A DNA stretch of 64,000 bases from NCBI GenBank assembly GCA_964631075.1, contig CAZVYP010000001.1, positions 26,647-90,646 of the forward strand. The letters are read 5' to 3'. Under the pieces are notes generated by a model. That model was given only the letters and a program-made list of their open reading frames with translations. It did no database searches and was not told the origin of the DNA. Position 1 is the stretch's first letter. Each line of letters begins with the position of its first letter. Positions 9,097-17,217 of the stretch are shown here, one piece after another. The stretch is from an uncultured Methanocellales archaeon (lineage in GTDB: Archaea > Halobacteriota > JAWCLZ01). The position numbers were made by a program, and so were the translations under genes.

Positions 9097-9302
9097 TTCG
9101 CATATTGAGGCATATTTTATTCTGATTTTATGATTTAGCCTTAATCAATGACTGTAATCTTGAAAAATGCTAATTTTTATTTGTTCGATGATAAGCCATC
9201 ATTATATAGTTATTATGATGATTTTTAATTATAAAAATTATTTATTAGTATAAATTAACAAAGAAAAGATATTTATTGGTTGAATTTTAAATAAATAGTA
9301 CG

Positions 9303-10025
9303 ATGAGTGGTATAAAACTCTATGGAGTGATCCTGGCGCTACTGTTCGTCTTTTTAATAGCTGTCTCATCAGATAACTCAGCCAAACTGAACCTGAATAT
9401 ACACAGCGCCCCACCGGAAGGAACTGACATACCCGGAGACAGCCCATCCATTTCAAACCCGTCACTACTGGAGTACAAAGTCAACAAATCAACCGAAATC
9501 TGGAGCGCGGAAGACCCCACCCTGTACATAACACCGCATGCTAGCACAGTACAGCTTCACTCAAAAAAATTGAAGCTCACAGAAATAAATGAGAGTATAT
9601 ATATCTTCCAGTACCAGGATGGAACACCACTCCGCCTGAATTATGTGAGAGACCAGGAACAATTTGGAGCAGAAGATTACTGGGTAAACCCATCCTACTA
9701 CCTCTCACACGCTTACAACGGCAAGACCCTATCAGGAGACTGCGAAGATAGCGCGTTGGCAATGACCTCGATCCTGATCGCCAAAGGCTATAACACAGTA
9801 GCAATCCTGGGACACGTAAAGAAAAACGACGGCACTACTGGCAGACACGCCTGGGCCGAGACCATTATCGACGGAAAAACATACGTTGTAGATGGCAACA
9901 TATTATACGAAAAAAGCAATTTCCAGACGACCCGCGAATGGAGCCCTAGATATATGTGGAACGACGTAATAACCTTCAGGGAATACTCACCGGACTGGAA
10001 CGAAATTCAATTGACCCGTCGCTGA
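9303..10025 (+). CDS. Secreted/membrane-anchored transglutaminase-like cysteine protease-fold protein
   Basis: N-terminal hydrophobic signal/anchor (LYGVILALLFVFLIAV). Cys-His-Asp triad context GDCEDSALAMTSIL ... GRHAWAETII ... YVVDG, typical of the transglutaminase-like superfamily. Confidence 0.6.
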   Translation: MSGIKLYGVILALLFVFLIAVSSDNSAKLNLNIHSAPPEGTDIPGDSPSISNPSLLEYKVNKSTEIWSAEDPTLYITPHASTVQLHSKKLKLTEINESIYIFQYQDGTPLRLNYVRDQEQFGAEDYWVNPSYYLSHAYNGKTLSGDCEDSALAMTSILIAKGYNTVAILGHVKKNDGTTGRHAWAETIIDGKTYVVDGNILYEKSNFQTTREWSPRYMWNDVITFREYSPDWNEIQLTRR

Positions 10026-10194
10026 CCTCAGAGAGCCTCTGATCACCGCAATACGGACAGATCAAATCCTGAATGTTTTTTGACCACGGCACTTCCAGAA
10101 ACTCCACCTTAACCTCAAGTCCACAGCGATCACAGCGAATATCCCTCACATCGCCACTTTGAATATAAGCCATAAAGAACAAATTAATAAACAC
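9976..10194 (-). CDS. Small zinc-ribbon protein (uncertain)
   Basis: 72-aa ORF with CDRCG ... CPYCG pairs. May start at the internal Met (MAYIQSG, 10173). Convergently overlaps the previous gene's 3' end by ~50 nt, so it may be spurious. Confidence 0.3.
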   Translation of the reverse strand: MFINLFFMAYIQSGDVRDIRCDRCGLEVKVEFLEVPWSKNIQDLICPYCGDQRLSEVSDGSIEFRSSPVSIP

Positions 10195-10269
10195 AGAATT
10201 TAAAGCTTATCCATTTACAATAAAATTTAGTAGTTAAAAGAAAAAGCAATACCGGAGGCATTACTTAAA

Positions 10270-11283
10270 ATGGGAGTTGACCTCGGAGACCTGATCGAGC
10301 GCAGAGAAATAGAGCTGAATGAACTCGCGAATCGCATCGTAGCGATTGACGCCTACAATACCCTGTATCAATTCCTTAGCATAATAAGACAGCCAGATGG
10401 CACACCGCTTACAGACTCAAAAGGCAGAATAACTTCCCACCTCTCAGGACTCATATACCGCACCACCAATTTAATCGAAATAGGAGTCAAGCCGGTTTTC
10501 GTATTCGACGGCAGACCACCCCAGTTCAAAGCGACAACCCTCGAAGAGCGCGCCACAACCAGACAGAGAGCCGAAGAAGCCTGGATCGAAGCAAAAGCCA
10601 CAGTAAGCGAAGAAGCCTTCAAATACGCACAGGCCTCGGCAAGGCTGACGCAGGAAATGATCAGCGAAGCCAAAGCACTCATAGGATATATGGGCTTACC
10701 CGCGATACAGGCACCATCCGAAGGCGAGGCACAGGCATCATTCATGGTGCTCAGCGGCGACGCGGATTACGCAGCCTCACAGGACTACGATTCTCTATTA
10801 TTCGGCTCCCCCAAGCTAGTAAGAAACCTGACAATAACGGGAAAAAGAAAGCTACCGTCAAAGAACATATACATCGACGTCAAGCCAGAAACCATCGAGC
10901 TGCGAGAAATCCTGAAAAAGCTCGAAATCACCAGGGAGCAGCTCATAGACATCGGAGTCTTGATCGGCACAGACTACAACCATGGGATAAAAGGCATAGG
11001 GCCAAAGAAAGCCCTGAAGCTGATCAAAAAGCACGGCACAATAGAAGGCGCGCTGAACGAACTCAAACAGAACATAGACAGCTTCAAAGAGATAAAAGAA
11101 TTCTTCCTCAATCCAGACGTAACCAGCGAGTACGAAATAAAATTCAGGTCACCGGAAAACGAAAAAATCAAACAATTTTTATGCCAAGAACACAGCTTCT
11201 CAGAAGAAAGAATAGACAAAGTGCTCGAAAGACTGAGCATATTTAGAAGCACAATGAAGCAGAAGACACTTGACCAGTGGTAA
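10270..11283 (+). CDS. fen: Flap endonuclease 1 (FEN-1)
   Basis: 337 aa with an N-terminal XPG-N region (MGVDLGDLIERREIELNELANRIVAIDAYNTLYQFL), I-domain (DYDSLLFGSP, GTDYN) and helix-hairpin-helix (GIGPKKALKLIKKHG). Confidence 0.9.
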   Translation: MGVDLGDLIERREIELNELANRIVAIDAYNTLYQFLSIIRQPDGTPLTDSKGRITSHLSGLIYRTTNLIEIGVKPVFVFDGRPPQFKATTLEERATTRQRAEEAWIEAKATVSEEAFKYAQASARLTQEMISEAKALIGYMGLPAIQAPSEGEAQASFMVLSGDADYAASQDYDSLLFGSPKLVRNLTITGKRKLPSKNIYIDVKPETIELREILKKLEITREQLIDIGVLIGTDYNHGIKGIGPKKALKLIKKHGTIEGALNELKQNIDSFKEIKEFFLNPDVTSEYEIKFRSPENEKIKQFLCQEHSFSEERIDKVLERLSIFRSTMKQKTLDQW

Positions 11284-11305
11284 ATAAAAATAATATTATA
11301 ATAAA
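11269..11305. repeat. Direct repeat copy 1 (37 nt) overlapping the fen1 3' end
   Basis: cttgaccagtggtaaataaaaataatattataataaa covers the last four codons and stop of fen1 plus 22 nt downstream. It is identical to 12125-12161. Confidence 0.85.
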
Positions 11306-11414
11306 TTCACAAATATCGATTTGCTCCCTGGCAAATCTGAAAGAAACCAAAACCAAACATATATAACAACAGAGGCAGTTGAGGCTAGCTTCGAAGGCTC
11401 ACTTTCCCGAAGCA

Positions 11415-11432
11415 ACAAAATTTATATATACT
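11415..11432 (+). promoter_or_regulatory. TATA-like box upstream of the toxin-antitoxin cassette
   Basis: aaaatTTATATATAc lies ~35-45 nt upstream of ATG 11464, with GGTGAG RBS-like sequence at 11455-11460. A palindrome agCTTCGAAGg sits just upstream and could be an operator. Confidence 0.3.
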
Positions 11433-11463
11433 TTATATACCAAAATATATCTTTGGTGAGCAT

Positions 11464-11706
11464 TTGAACGATCTCCATTCGCTTCCGGTGTACTTCAAGA
11501 AGCACGCCGTTTTGATGCTTGCCGAGCGCTTTGAGCTGGATTCGCAGGATGCCGAGCATCTTGTAAAAACTGCCAAGTTGCTTAAGCCCATCGAGAAGGA
11601 TGGCGAGATTGGCCTTCTGCAAAGCTGCATTGGCGAGTGCGAGATCAGATTTGTATTTACAATTAGAAAGAAAGTCGTCTGGATAATAACCGTGGAGGAA
11701 ATATGA
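11464..11706 (+). CDS. DUF4258-like small protein, putative RelE/ParE-fold toxin
   Basis: 80 aa. HAVLMLAERFELDSQDAEHLVKTA resembles the DUF4258 core (HAxxRMxERGIxxxEIE). The C-terminus IRFVFTIRKKVVWIITVEEI has the alternating hydrophobic beta pattern of RelE-like toxins. It is translationally coupled (ATGA overlap) to the next gene. Confidence 0.45.
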   Translation: MNDLHSLPVYFKKHAVLMLAERFELDSQDAEHLVKTAKLLKPIEKDGEIGLLQSCIGECEIRFVFTIRKKVVWIITVEEI

Positions 11707-12008
11707 AAACGAAAGTAGTTGAGTGTCCAATCTGTGAATCTCCCATGAGCCGGGAGAGAAGGGAGATCAAAAAGGGAATTTACGCTGAGGTCGAGGTCTG
11801 CCCTAAATGCAATGACGAGTGGATTGATGAGAGGGGCTACGACGAAATCTATCAGCAGCTTTTCACACGCCGAGCCTTTAAAATCGGCGGCAGCCTGGCT
11901 ATTCGCATTCCCCGGGAGATTATTAAAGCGCTCAATCTGCACGAAAATAGCGAGCTCAAGGTCAATCTCAGGGATAATAAAATTGTGATCGAGCCTTTGA
12001 AAACGTGA
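11703..12008 (+). CDS. Putative antitoxin: YgiT/MqsA-type zinc finger fused to AbrB/SpoVT swapped-hairpin DNA-binding domain
   Basis: The N-terminus VECPICESPMSRERREIKKGIYAEVEVCPKCNDEWIDE matches the YgiT-type (MqsA N-domain) CxxC...CxxC zinc finger. The C-terminus FKIGGSLAIRIPREIIKALNLHENSELKVNLRDNKIVIEPL is a canonical AbrB/MazE/SpoVT domain. Confidence 0.55.
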   Translation: MKTKVVECPICESPMSRERREIKKGIYAEVEVCPKCNDEWIDERGYDEIYQQLFTRRAFKIGGSLAIRIPREIIKALNLHENSELKVNLRDNKIVIEPLKT

Positions 12009-12124
12009 GAAAAAAATCCCTCCCAGGGTCACTTGAAATCTTCAATCAGCTATAATAGAAAATCTAACAGCTTCTTAAGTTTATCACGATTTATATAACA
12101 ATAGTCTCCTGCTTTTCTCCGCCT

Positions 12125-12161
12125 CTTGACCAGTGGTAAATAAAAATAATATTATAATAAA
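12125..12161. repeat. Direct repeat copy 2 (37 nt)
   Basis: Identical to 11269-11305. Both copies are followed by ~40 nt of degenerate similarity (ttgctccc..aaatctg) containing short hairpins. Confidence 0.85.
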
Positions 12162-12357
12162 ATTATCCAATACGGCTTGCTCCCGAAAAATCTGCATGCA
12201 ATATTATATGTGGTGAGCAAGCCATATCTGAAAAGGATGAGGCCGCCCTGAGGCGGGTGGGACGAAGTAGGGAAGGGATCACTGCTTTTCTTTTCCAGGG
12301 TTTCGCTGACAAAAAGCTATTAATACTTATGTAACTAAAATCTTTTTTAGCGAGATT

Positions 12358-13173
12358 ATGGTTACAAAAAAAATAAGACTTGGTGATATGGAGCTGAAGT
12401 TGCTGTTCACGCTGGAACAAGAAGGAAAAAACGTGTTTCTAGCAAGTGATGCACACAGAATCCTGAAGTCAACGGATGCCTCTGTGAGAAACGTGCTCTA
12501 CAGGTTGAGAAAAAAAGGCAGAATCGAAGAGATAGAGAAGGGGAAGTATCTGCTGGTGCCCGCGAGAGCCGGTTACAAAGCAGAATGGTCGGAGGTTCCT
12601 TTTCTGCTTGTCCCGCACCTGATAGATAACTACTACCTTGCCTTCTGGTCGGCTCTTAACTACTGGGGCATGACAGAGCAGTCTCCTCGCTCGGTGTTCG
12701 TTGCGACAACGAAGAGAAAAAGAGATTTAACCTACGGAGACACAAAATTTGAGTTCGTGACGCTTGCAAAAAAAAAGTTCTTCGGATTCGTGGAGGAAAA
12801 AACTAATGGAGGCAAATTCAACATCTCTTCAAGAGAGAAAACAGTTGTAGATTGCTTGCTGTATCCAAAGTACTCCGGTGGGCTGGACGAAGCGGTAAAA
12901 GGAATATGGAGGGGAAGAAAAGAGCTGGACTTCGAAAAAATGCTGGAGTACTCGAAAAAGATGGGAGTAGAAGTGGTAACCAGAAGGCTGGGATATATAC
13001 TGGAATTGCTGAAAATTGAAAATAAGATAAGTTCAAAGATAGCCTCTGGCAAATTCAAAGGATATATGTGGCTTGACCCATTGGGAACCAAGAAGCCTAT
13101 AGAATATTCAAAGAAGTTCGGGCTTGCGATAAACCGAACAAGCGAAGAGCTAAAAAGCTGGATGGAGCATTAG
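12358..13173 (+). CDS. AbiEi-family (type IV TA) antitoxin / wHTH transcriptional regulator
   Basis: 271 aa. N-terminal wHTH with RLRKKGRIEEIEKGKYLLVP, typical of the AbiEi_4 antitoxin N-domain. The C-terminal domain is consistent with AbiEi. It is followed 2 nt later by an AbiEii fragment. Confidence 0.65.
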   Translation: MVTKKIRLGDMELKLLFTLEQEGKNVFLASDAHRILKSTDASVRNVLYRLRKKGRIEEIEKGKYLLVPARAGYKAEWSEVPFLLVPHLIDNYYLAFWSALNYWGMTEQSPRSVFVATTKRKRDLTYGDTKFEFVTLAKKKFFGFVEEKTNGGKFNISSREKTVVDCLLYPKYSGGLDEAVKGIWRGRKELDFEKMLEYSKKMGVEVVTRRLGYILELLKIENKISSKIASGKFKGYMWLDPLGTKKPIEYSKKFGLAINRTSEELKSWMEH

Positions 13174-13174
13174 G

Positions 13175-13552
13175 ATGAACGCTGACGATTTAAGAAGACT
13201 TGCGAGAAGAACCGGTTTTGACGCTGGAACTCTTGAGAAAGACTATGCTCTAACATGGCTGCTCAGCGGCATTTACTCAGAGGATTCCAAGCTGAGAGAC
13301 ATCCTGATTTTCAAGGGAGGCACTGCGATCAGAAAGGTTTACTTTCCAGAGTGGCGACTCTCAGAAGATCTGGACTTTACCATCACGCAGAAGGTAACGC
13401 CGGAAACTGTGAGACAGAGTTTTGAGCAGGTTTTTCCGCTGCTAAAAGATACCAGCAAAATTGCCTACTCTCTCAGCTCCTTCAATTACAGCAAACACGC
13501 AATTTTCGCGGATGTTCAGTTTCTTGGTCTGGCGGCTGATGAAGGAAAATGA
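13175..13552 (+). pseudogene. AbiEii/AbiGii (DUF1814) nucleotidyltransferase toxin, truncated to the N-terminal 125 aa
   Basis: LEKDYALTWLLSGIYS ... LIFKGGTAIRKVYFPEWRLSEDLDFT matches the conserved N-terminal nucleotidyltransferase region of AbiEii toxins. Full-length proteins are ~250-300 aa. This one stops after 125 aa, and the downstream space is occupied by a convergent gene. Confidence 0.55.
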
Positions 13553-13570
13553 CTTAGTTCTTCATCTTGA

Positions 13571-14608
13571 TTATTTTTCGGTGAGAATTCGCATATCTGC
13601 GTCTTGGAAGTGTCGAAAGGCTTTCTTGGCGTATTTTTTGTCCATTCTCAGCGCATAAATCTGCAGCGCCTTCAGAGCAGCTGATCCGCCAATTTCTTCA
13701 TCGAATGACATCTGGATGGTCCATCCAGTACTTCGCAGATAATCGGTGCCTGTCACCAGGTCTTCCTCCTTCACTCCTTTCTGTGGAATACGCTCGCAAG
13801 AGATTCCGAACTCTGATAAAATCCTGAAAACCGTATCGTTAAGGAAAGACCAGATTGCCAGTGTCTTCTCGCTGCCCCGGTTGGTAAGGAAGGTTCTGGC
13901 ATCAATCATTAGAGGTGAGCTCTTCTCTTTCTCGAATTTGCCGTAGTTTCCGAGTATCCACAGAAACCTCAAAATATGTGTTCTCACTTTCTCAAGTTTA
14001 TGATGTTGACCGAACGTGTCGGCATCTCGAAATCCGAGTGAAGAAAACTGCAAGGTTGACAGCAGCCTGTGAACTGCGCTGAAAGCCTCGGTCTCTTCTT
14101 CGGTGAATTGCAGTTTCTCTGGAAAGTCGACGATCTTCTTCTTGGTTATCAATATTCTTGCTGGTTCTGCAATCTCTTCTGGCTTCAGCGAAGCACGAGT
14201 CGCCTCCAGGCGATTTATTCCCTCAAAAGGTTCTACAAAAGCGTGATAGTCATCTTTAGAAATGGGCGCGCCAAGCTTTTCTTCTATAGTCTTTCGATTC
14301 CAGGCACCGGCCGTTGCTTTCAAAATGTCACATGGAAATCGCGAACAATAAGCACAATTTGCCACTCCACTCCTGTCCACGCATTGCCGTATCAAACATT
14401 TTCGATTAGGCAGCTTAGATCCTTTGGGAATTTTCGAATCTGGAGTCAGGCATGTCACGCACGGCGTCTTAATCGGCATGTATCCTAAAATCGCCTTGGC
14501 GTTGTTTCTGTAATGTTCAAATTCCGAGGCAGTCATGCTCTTCCTTGGATAAGGTCCCCAGGGACATCTACCGCAATCTATGCCGCATTTAGAAACGAGC
14601 TTTGCCAC
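13571..14608 (-). CDS. DUF3795-like Cys-rich (putative Zn-binding) protein with uncharacterized C-terminal domain
   Basis: N-terminus CGIDCGRCPW ... CVTC ... CLIRQC ... CAYCSRFPC fits the DUF3795 cysteine pattern. The remaining ~190 aa have no recognisable motifs. Confidence 0.5.
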   Translation of the reverse strand: MAKLVSKCGIDCGRCPWGPYPRKSMTASEFEHYRNNAKAILGYMPIKTPCVTCLTPDSKIPKGSKLPNRKCLIRQCVDRSGVANCAYCSRFPCDILKATAGAWNRKTIEEKLGAPISKDDYHAFVEPFEGINRLEATRASLKPEEIAEPARILITKKKIVDFPEKLQFTEEETEAFSAVHRLLSTLQFSSLGFRDADTFGQHHKLEKVRTHILRFLWILGNYGKFEKEKSSPLMIDARTFLTNRGSEKTLAIWSFLNDTVFRILSEFGISCERIPQKGVKEEDLVTGTDYLRSTGWTIQMSFDEEIGGSAALKALQIYALRMDKKYAKKAFRHFQDADMRILTEK

Positions 14609-14754
14609 TGGTTAACCTCCAAAATAACAAATGTGGAATGACATAAATAAGGACTTCTCATGACAAATCCTTTACGTGTAATACTAAGATTTGTCCTTTG
14701 GGTAATGATAAATACATTTAAAAAAAGATGCGATACTGAGATAGCCTGAAAAGG

Positions 14755-15117
14755 ATGGTGGAATCGATGAAATTCTATTCAGAACGGGAAATGAAGAGTC
14801 TGAGGCTGGAGCTTGAGAAGAGAGTTTTACAATGGCCTCAGGTTAGCACCAAGAAGATGTTTGGCTGTCCCTGCTATCAGGCAGATCGAAGGATCTTTGT
14901 TTTTCTGGTTACTGATGGTATTGTGATCACTCAAATAAGTCAGGCTGACAGAGAGACGCTATCCCGTCAGCATCAGACCAGTTTTTTCCAGGCGGGCAAA
15001 AAAATTATTCAGAGCTGGTTGAAGGTCTTTATTAAGAACAAGGCAGAGCTTGACCAGATCATGCCATTTATTAGAAAAAGCTATGAGTCAGCACTTATCC
15101 TTACATCAGCAAAATAA
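14755..15117 (+). CDS. Hypothetical protein (TfoX_N/YjbR-like fold?)
   Basis: 120 aa. KKMFGCPCYQADRRIFVFLVTDGIVI loosely resembles the MFGG..y..g..Fa.i..d.L pattern of TfoX-N/YjbR-family proteins. Confidence 0.3.
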   Translation: MVESMKFYSEREMKSLRLELEKRVLQWPQVSTKKMFGCPCYQADRRIFVFLVTDGIVITQISQADRETLSRQHQTSFFQAGKKIIQSWLKVFIKNKAELDQIMPFIRKSYESALILTSAK

Positions 15118-15215
15118 TTCACTTCGAAAGAGAAAAGCCATTTTTCGAGTTTGATTTTGAATAATTTTGCCAGACCACAATTTATATTACTCAGTAAAGT
15201 AAACTATACTTTGTA

Positions 15216-15884
15216 ATGAAAAGAGGTTTGAAGTTGATAGAGCTCACTCCCGAGGGAAGAATCGTGGCAGCATTGATCGGAGGGGCTTTGAGCTATGGCA
15301 AATTAAAAGCTAAAACTAGCTTGAGCGACCGGTGGCTCTCCATCAAGTTAAAAGAACTGACTTCGGTCGGAGTAATAGAATATAGAGGCAATGGTTATCA
15401 GCTTATGAATCCTGCTGATGTTCTTGGAGATCCGGTTTTTGCAAAATATGTGGAGGGAAGCGTTCAGTTAAAGACAAAGGCAAAATTAATTGCCGAGGAG
15501 CTGAGCGTCGACGAGCAGGTTTGCGCTGTGATACTCTTTGGCAGTCTGGCGAAGGGAAAGGCTACTGAGGAAAGCGATGTCGACCTGGTTGTGGTCACGG
15601 AGATGGATGTCGAGGAAAAGTTGAACAGGGTGATTTATAATCTTATGTTCAAGTACGACGTGGCAGTTGAGGCAGTTTTCCTGACAGTTGAAGATCTGAT
15701 AATAAATCTTCAGTCCAGAACTGCCTTTTCTTTCGGGATGCTTGAAGCTTATGAGGTGCTGTATGATAAAATTGGAATAGAGTACCTCCTCCGTGTAAAG
15801 CAAAGAGAACTTCGAGAGAACTGGACTTATGACGAAGAGGCCGCGGCATGGATTCAAAAGAGGCTAATACCTACTTGCAGATAG
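15216..15884 (+). CDS. wHTH + minimal nucleotidyltransferase (MNT) protein, antitoxin-like partner of HEPN
   Basis: N-terminal winged-helix-like segment, then the MNT signature ILFGSLAKGKATEESDVDLVVV (GS...D.D). Overlaps the downstream HEPN gene by 37 nt. Confidence 0.65.
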   Translation: MKRGLKLIELTPEGRIVAALIGGALSYGKLKAKTSLSDRWLSIKLKELTSVGVIEYRGNGYQLMNPADVLGDPVFAKYVEGSVQLKTKAKLIAEELSVDEQVCAVILFGSLAKGKATEESDVDLVVVTEMDVEEKLNRVIYNLMFKYDVAVEAVFLTVEDLIINLQSRTAFSFGMLEAYEVLYDKIGIEYLLRVKQRELRENWTYDEEAAAWIQKRLIPTCR

Positions 15885-16279
15885 CGCTGGATCAGTTGAA
15901 AGATGCTGAACTGGCGTTTAAAAATGAGAGGTATGCTCTCTGTGTGCTCCTGGCGGCTTTATCTGCAGAGAATGCAACTTCTGCCTGGCTTATAGTGCTG
16001 GGAGCCAAACCTAGCAAGAAACATAGAAATTCCCTGGTATTGAAAAGACTGGCGGAGAGCATTAACGAGAAGCTGAAGGAAGGATTGATGGAAGCGATCA
16101 GATCCATGGAAGAGCTTGAACCGCATGTTACTAAAGCCAGATATCCGATTCGCCATGACTTAGAACTTCTCCCACCCAGCAAATTTTACACAAAAGAAAA
16201 AGCAGCAGAAAGCTTAGCTAAAGCAGAATATGTGGTTGAGCTTGTAAAACAGAGAGTTCACACAGATTTTAAAAGCTGA
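15848..16279 (+). CDS. HEPN-domain protein (toxin-like partner of MNT)
   Basis: 143-aa helical protein. The N-terminus YLQIALDQLKDAELAFKNERYALCVLLAALSAENATSA is typical of HEPN. KARYPIRH is a candidate Rx4-6H motif. Confidence 0.6.
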   Translation: MDSKEANTYLQIALDQLKDAELAFKNERYALCVLLAALSAENATSAWLIVLGAKPSKKHRNSLVLKRLAESINEKLKEGLMEAIRSMEELEPHVTKARYPIRHDLELLPPSKFYTKEKAAESLAKAEYVVELVKQRVHTDFKS

Positions 16280-16459
16280 ATTAGAAGCCTCTTCATCCTA
16301 GAAAGATTGAGAAAAATTAATAAATAAGTAAAATATTTCCAATAAATTTAAATATTTATATAGACAATTGTAATATTATGCCAAAAAGACATAATTATTT
16401 GGTAATTATCATAATCATCTTTGTTCTGATAGATTTGTCTAACTTGCCTGGGAGACATT

Positions 16460-17215
16460 ATGGCAAATATGCAAGAACGTGTTAAGTCTGGAATTGAGGG
16501 CTTTGATGAGATCTGCGGTGGTGGTTTGATCAGGAACAGGAGCTACCTTATCGCAAGCGGAAGTGGTGCCGGCAAGACCATATTCGGAGTTCAATTTCTT
16601 TACAACGGTATTGTGCATTATGATGAAAATGGAATTTTTGTTGCCACTGAAGAGCGACCCGAGCAGATCAGAAAAGATATGCTAAACTTCGGCTGGGACC
16701 TAAAAAAGCTTGAAGAAGATAAGAAGTTCGCGATAATAGATGCCTCTGCAACAAAAATCGGAGTACCGTCACAGGAGCGCTATGTCGATGTTCGCCACTC
16801 TGATCTGGGATCGATGCTCGATCAGATAGTAAATGTTCAGGAGGAAACTAATGCAATGCGCATCGTTGTGGATTCAACAACTGCGATCGGGTTTTCCCTG
16901 AATAATGATGCCACGAGTATTCGACTGGGCATGTTGAAGCTTGGTGCAACACTCGGCATGCTGGGTTTGACATCGATCCTGATTTGCGAGGTATTGGATG
17001 AGAGACGTCCAAGCAGATTCGGGGTAGAGCAGTTCGTTACTGAAGGCACCATTGTGATGTATAACCACAGAACTGAAAACGGACGCGTGCGAAGCATTGA
17101 GATATTCAAAATGCGAGGCTCAGACCATAGCAAAAAGGTCCACCCATACGAGATCACATCTCAGGGAATCGTAGTGCACCCGCGCGATGAGAGACATATC
17201 TTAAAGGAGGGTTAA
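16460..17215 (+). CDS. KaiC-like single-domain RecA-superfamily ATPase
   Basis: GIEGFDEICGGGLIRNRSYLIASGSGAGKT (Walker A), Walker B ...IVVDS, typical of archaeal KaiC/RadA-like ATPases. Confidence 0.8.
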   Translation: MANMQERVKSGIEGFDEICGGGLIRNRSYLIASGSGAGKTIFGVQFLYNGIVHYDENGIFVATEERPEQIRKDMLNFGWDLKKLEEDKKFAIIDASATKIGVPSQERYVDVRHSDLGSMLDQIVNVQEETNAMRIVVDSTTAIGFSLNNDATSIRLGMLKLGATLGMLGLTSILICEVLDERRPSRFGVEQFVTEGTIVMYNHRTENGRVRSIEIFKMRGSDHSKKVHPYEITSQGIVVHPRDERHILKEG

Positions 17216-17217
17216 CG

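Noticed and set aside
12163-12420. 85-aa minus-strand ORF overlapping direct-repeat copy 2 and the AbiEi start
   Set aside because: No motif. It overlaps a well-supported plus-strand gene start and the repeat, so it is likely spurious.
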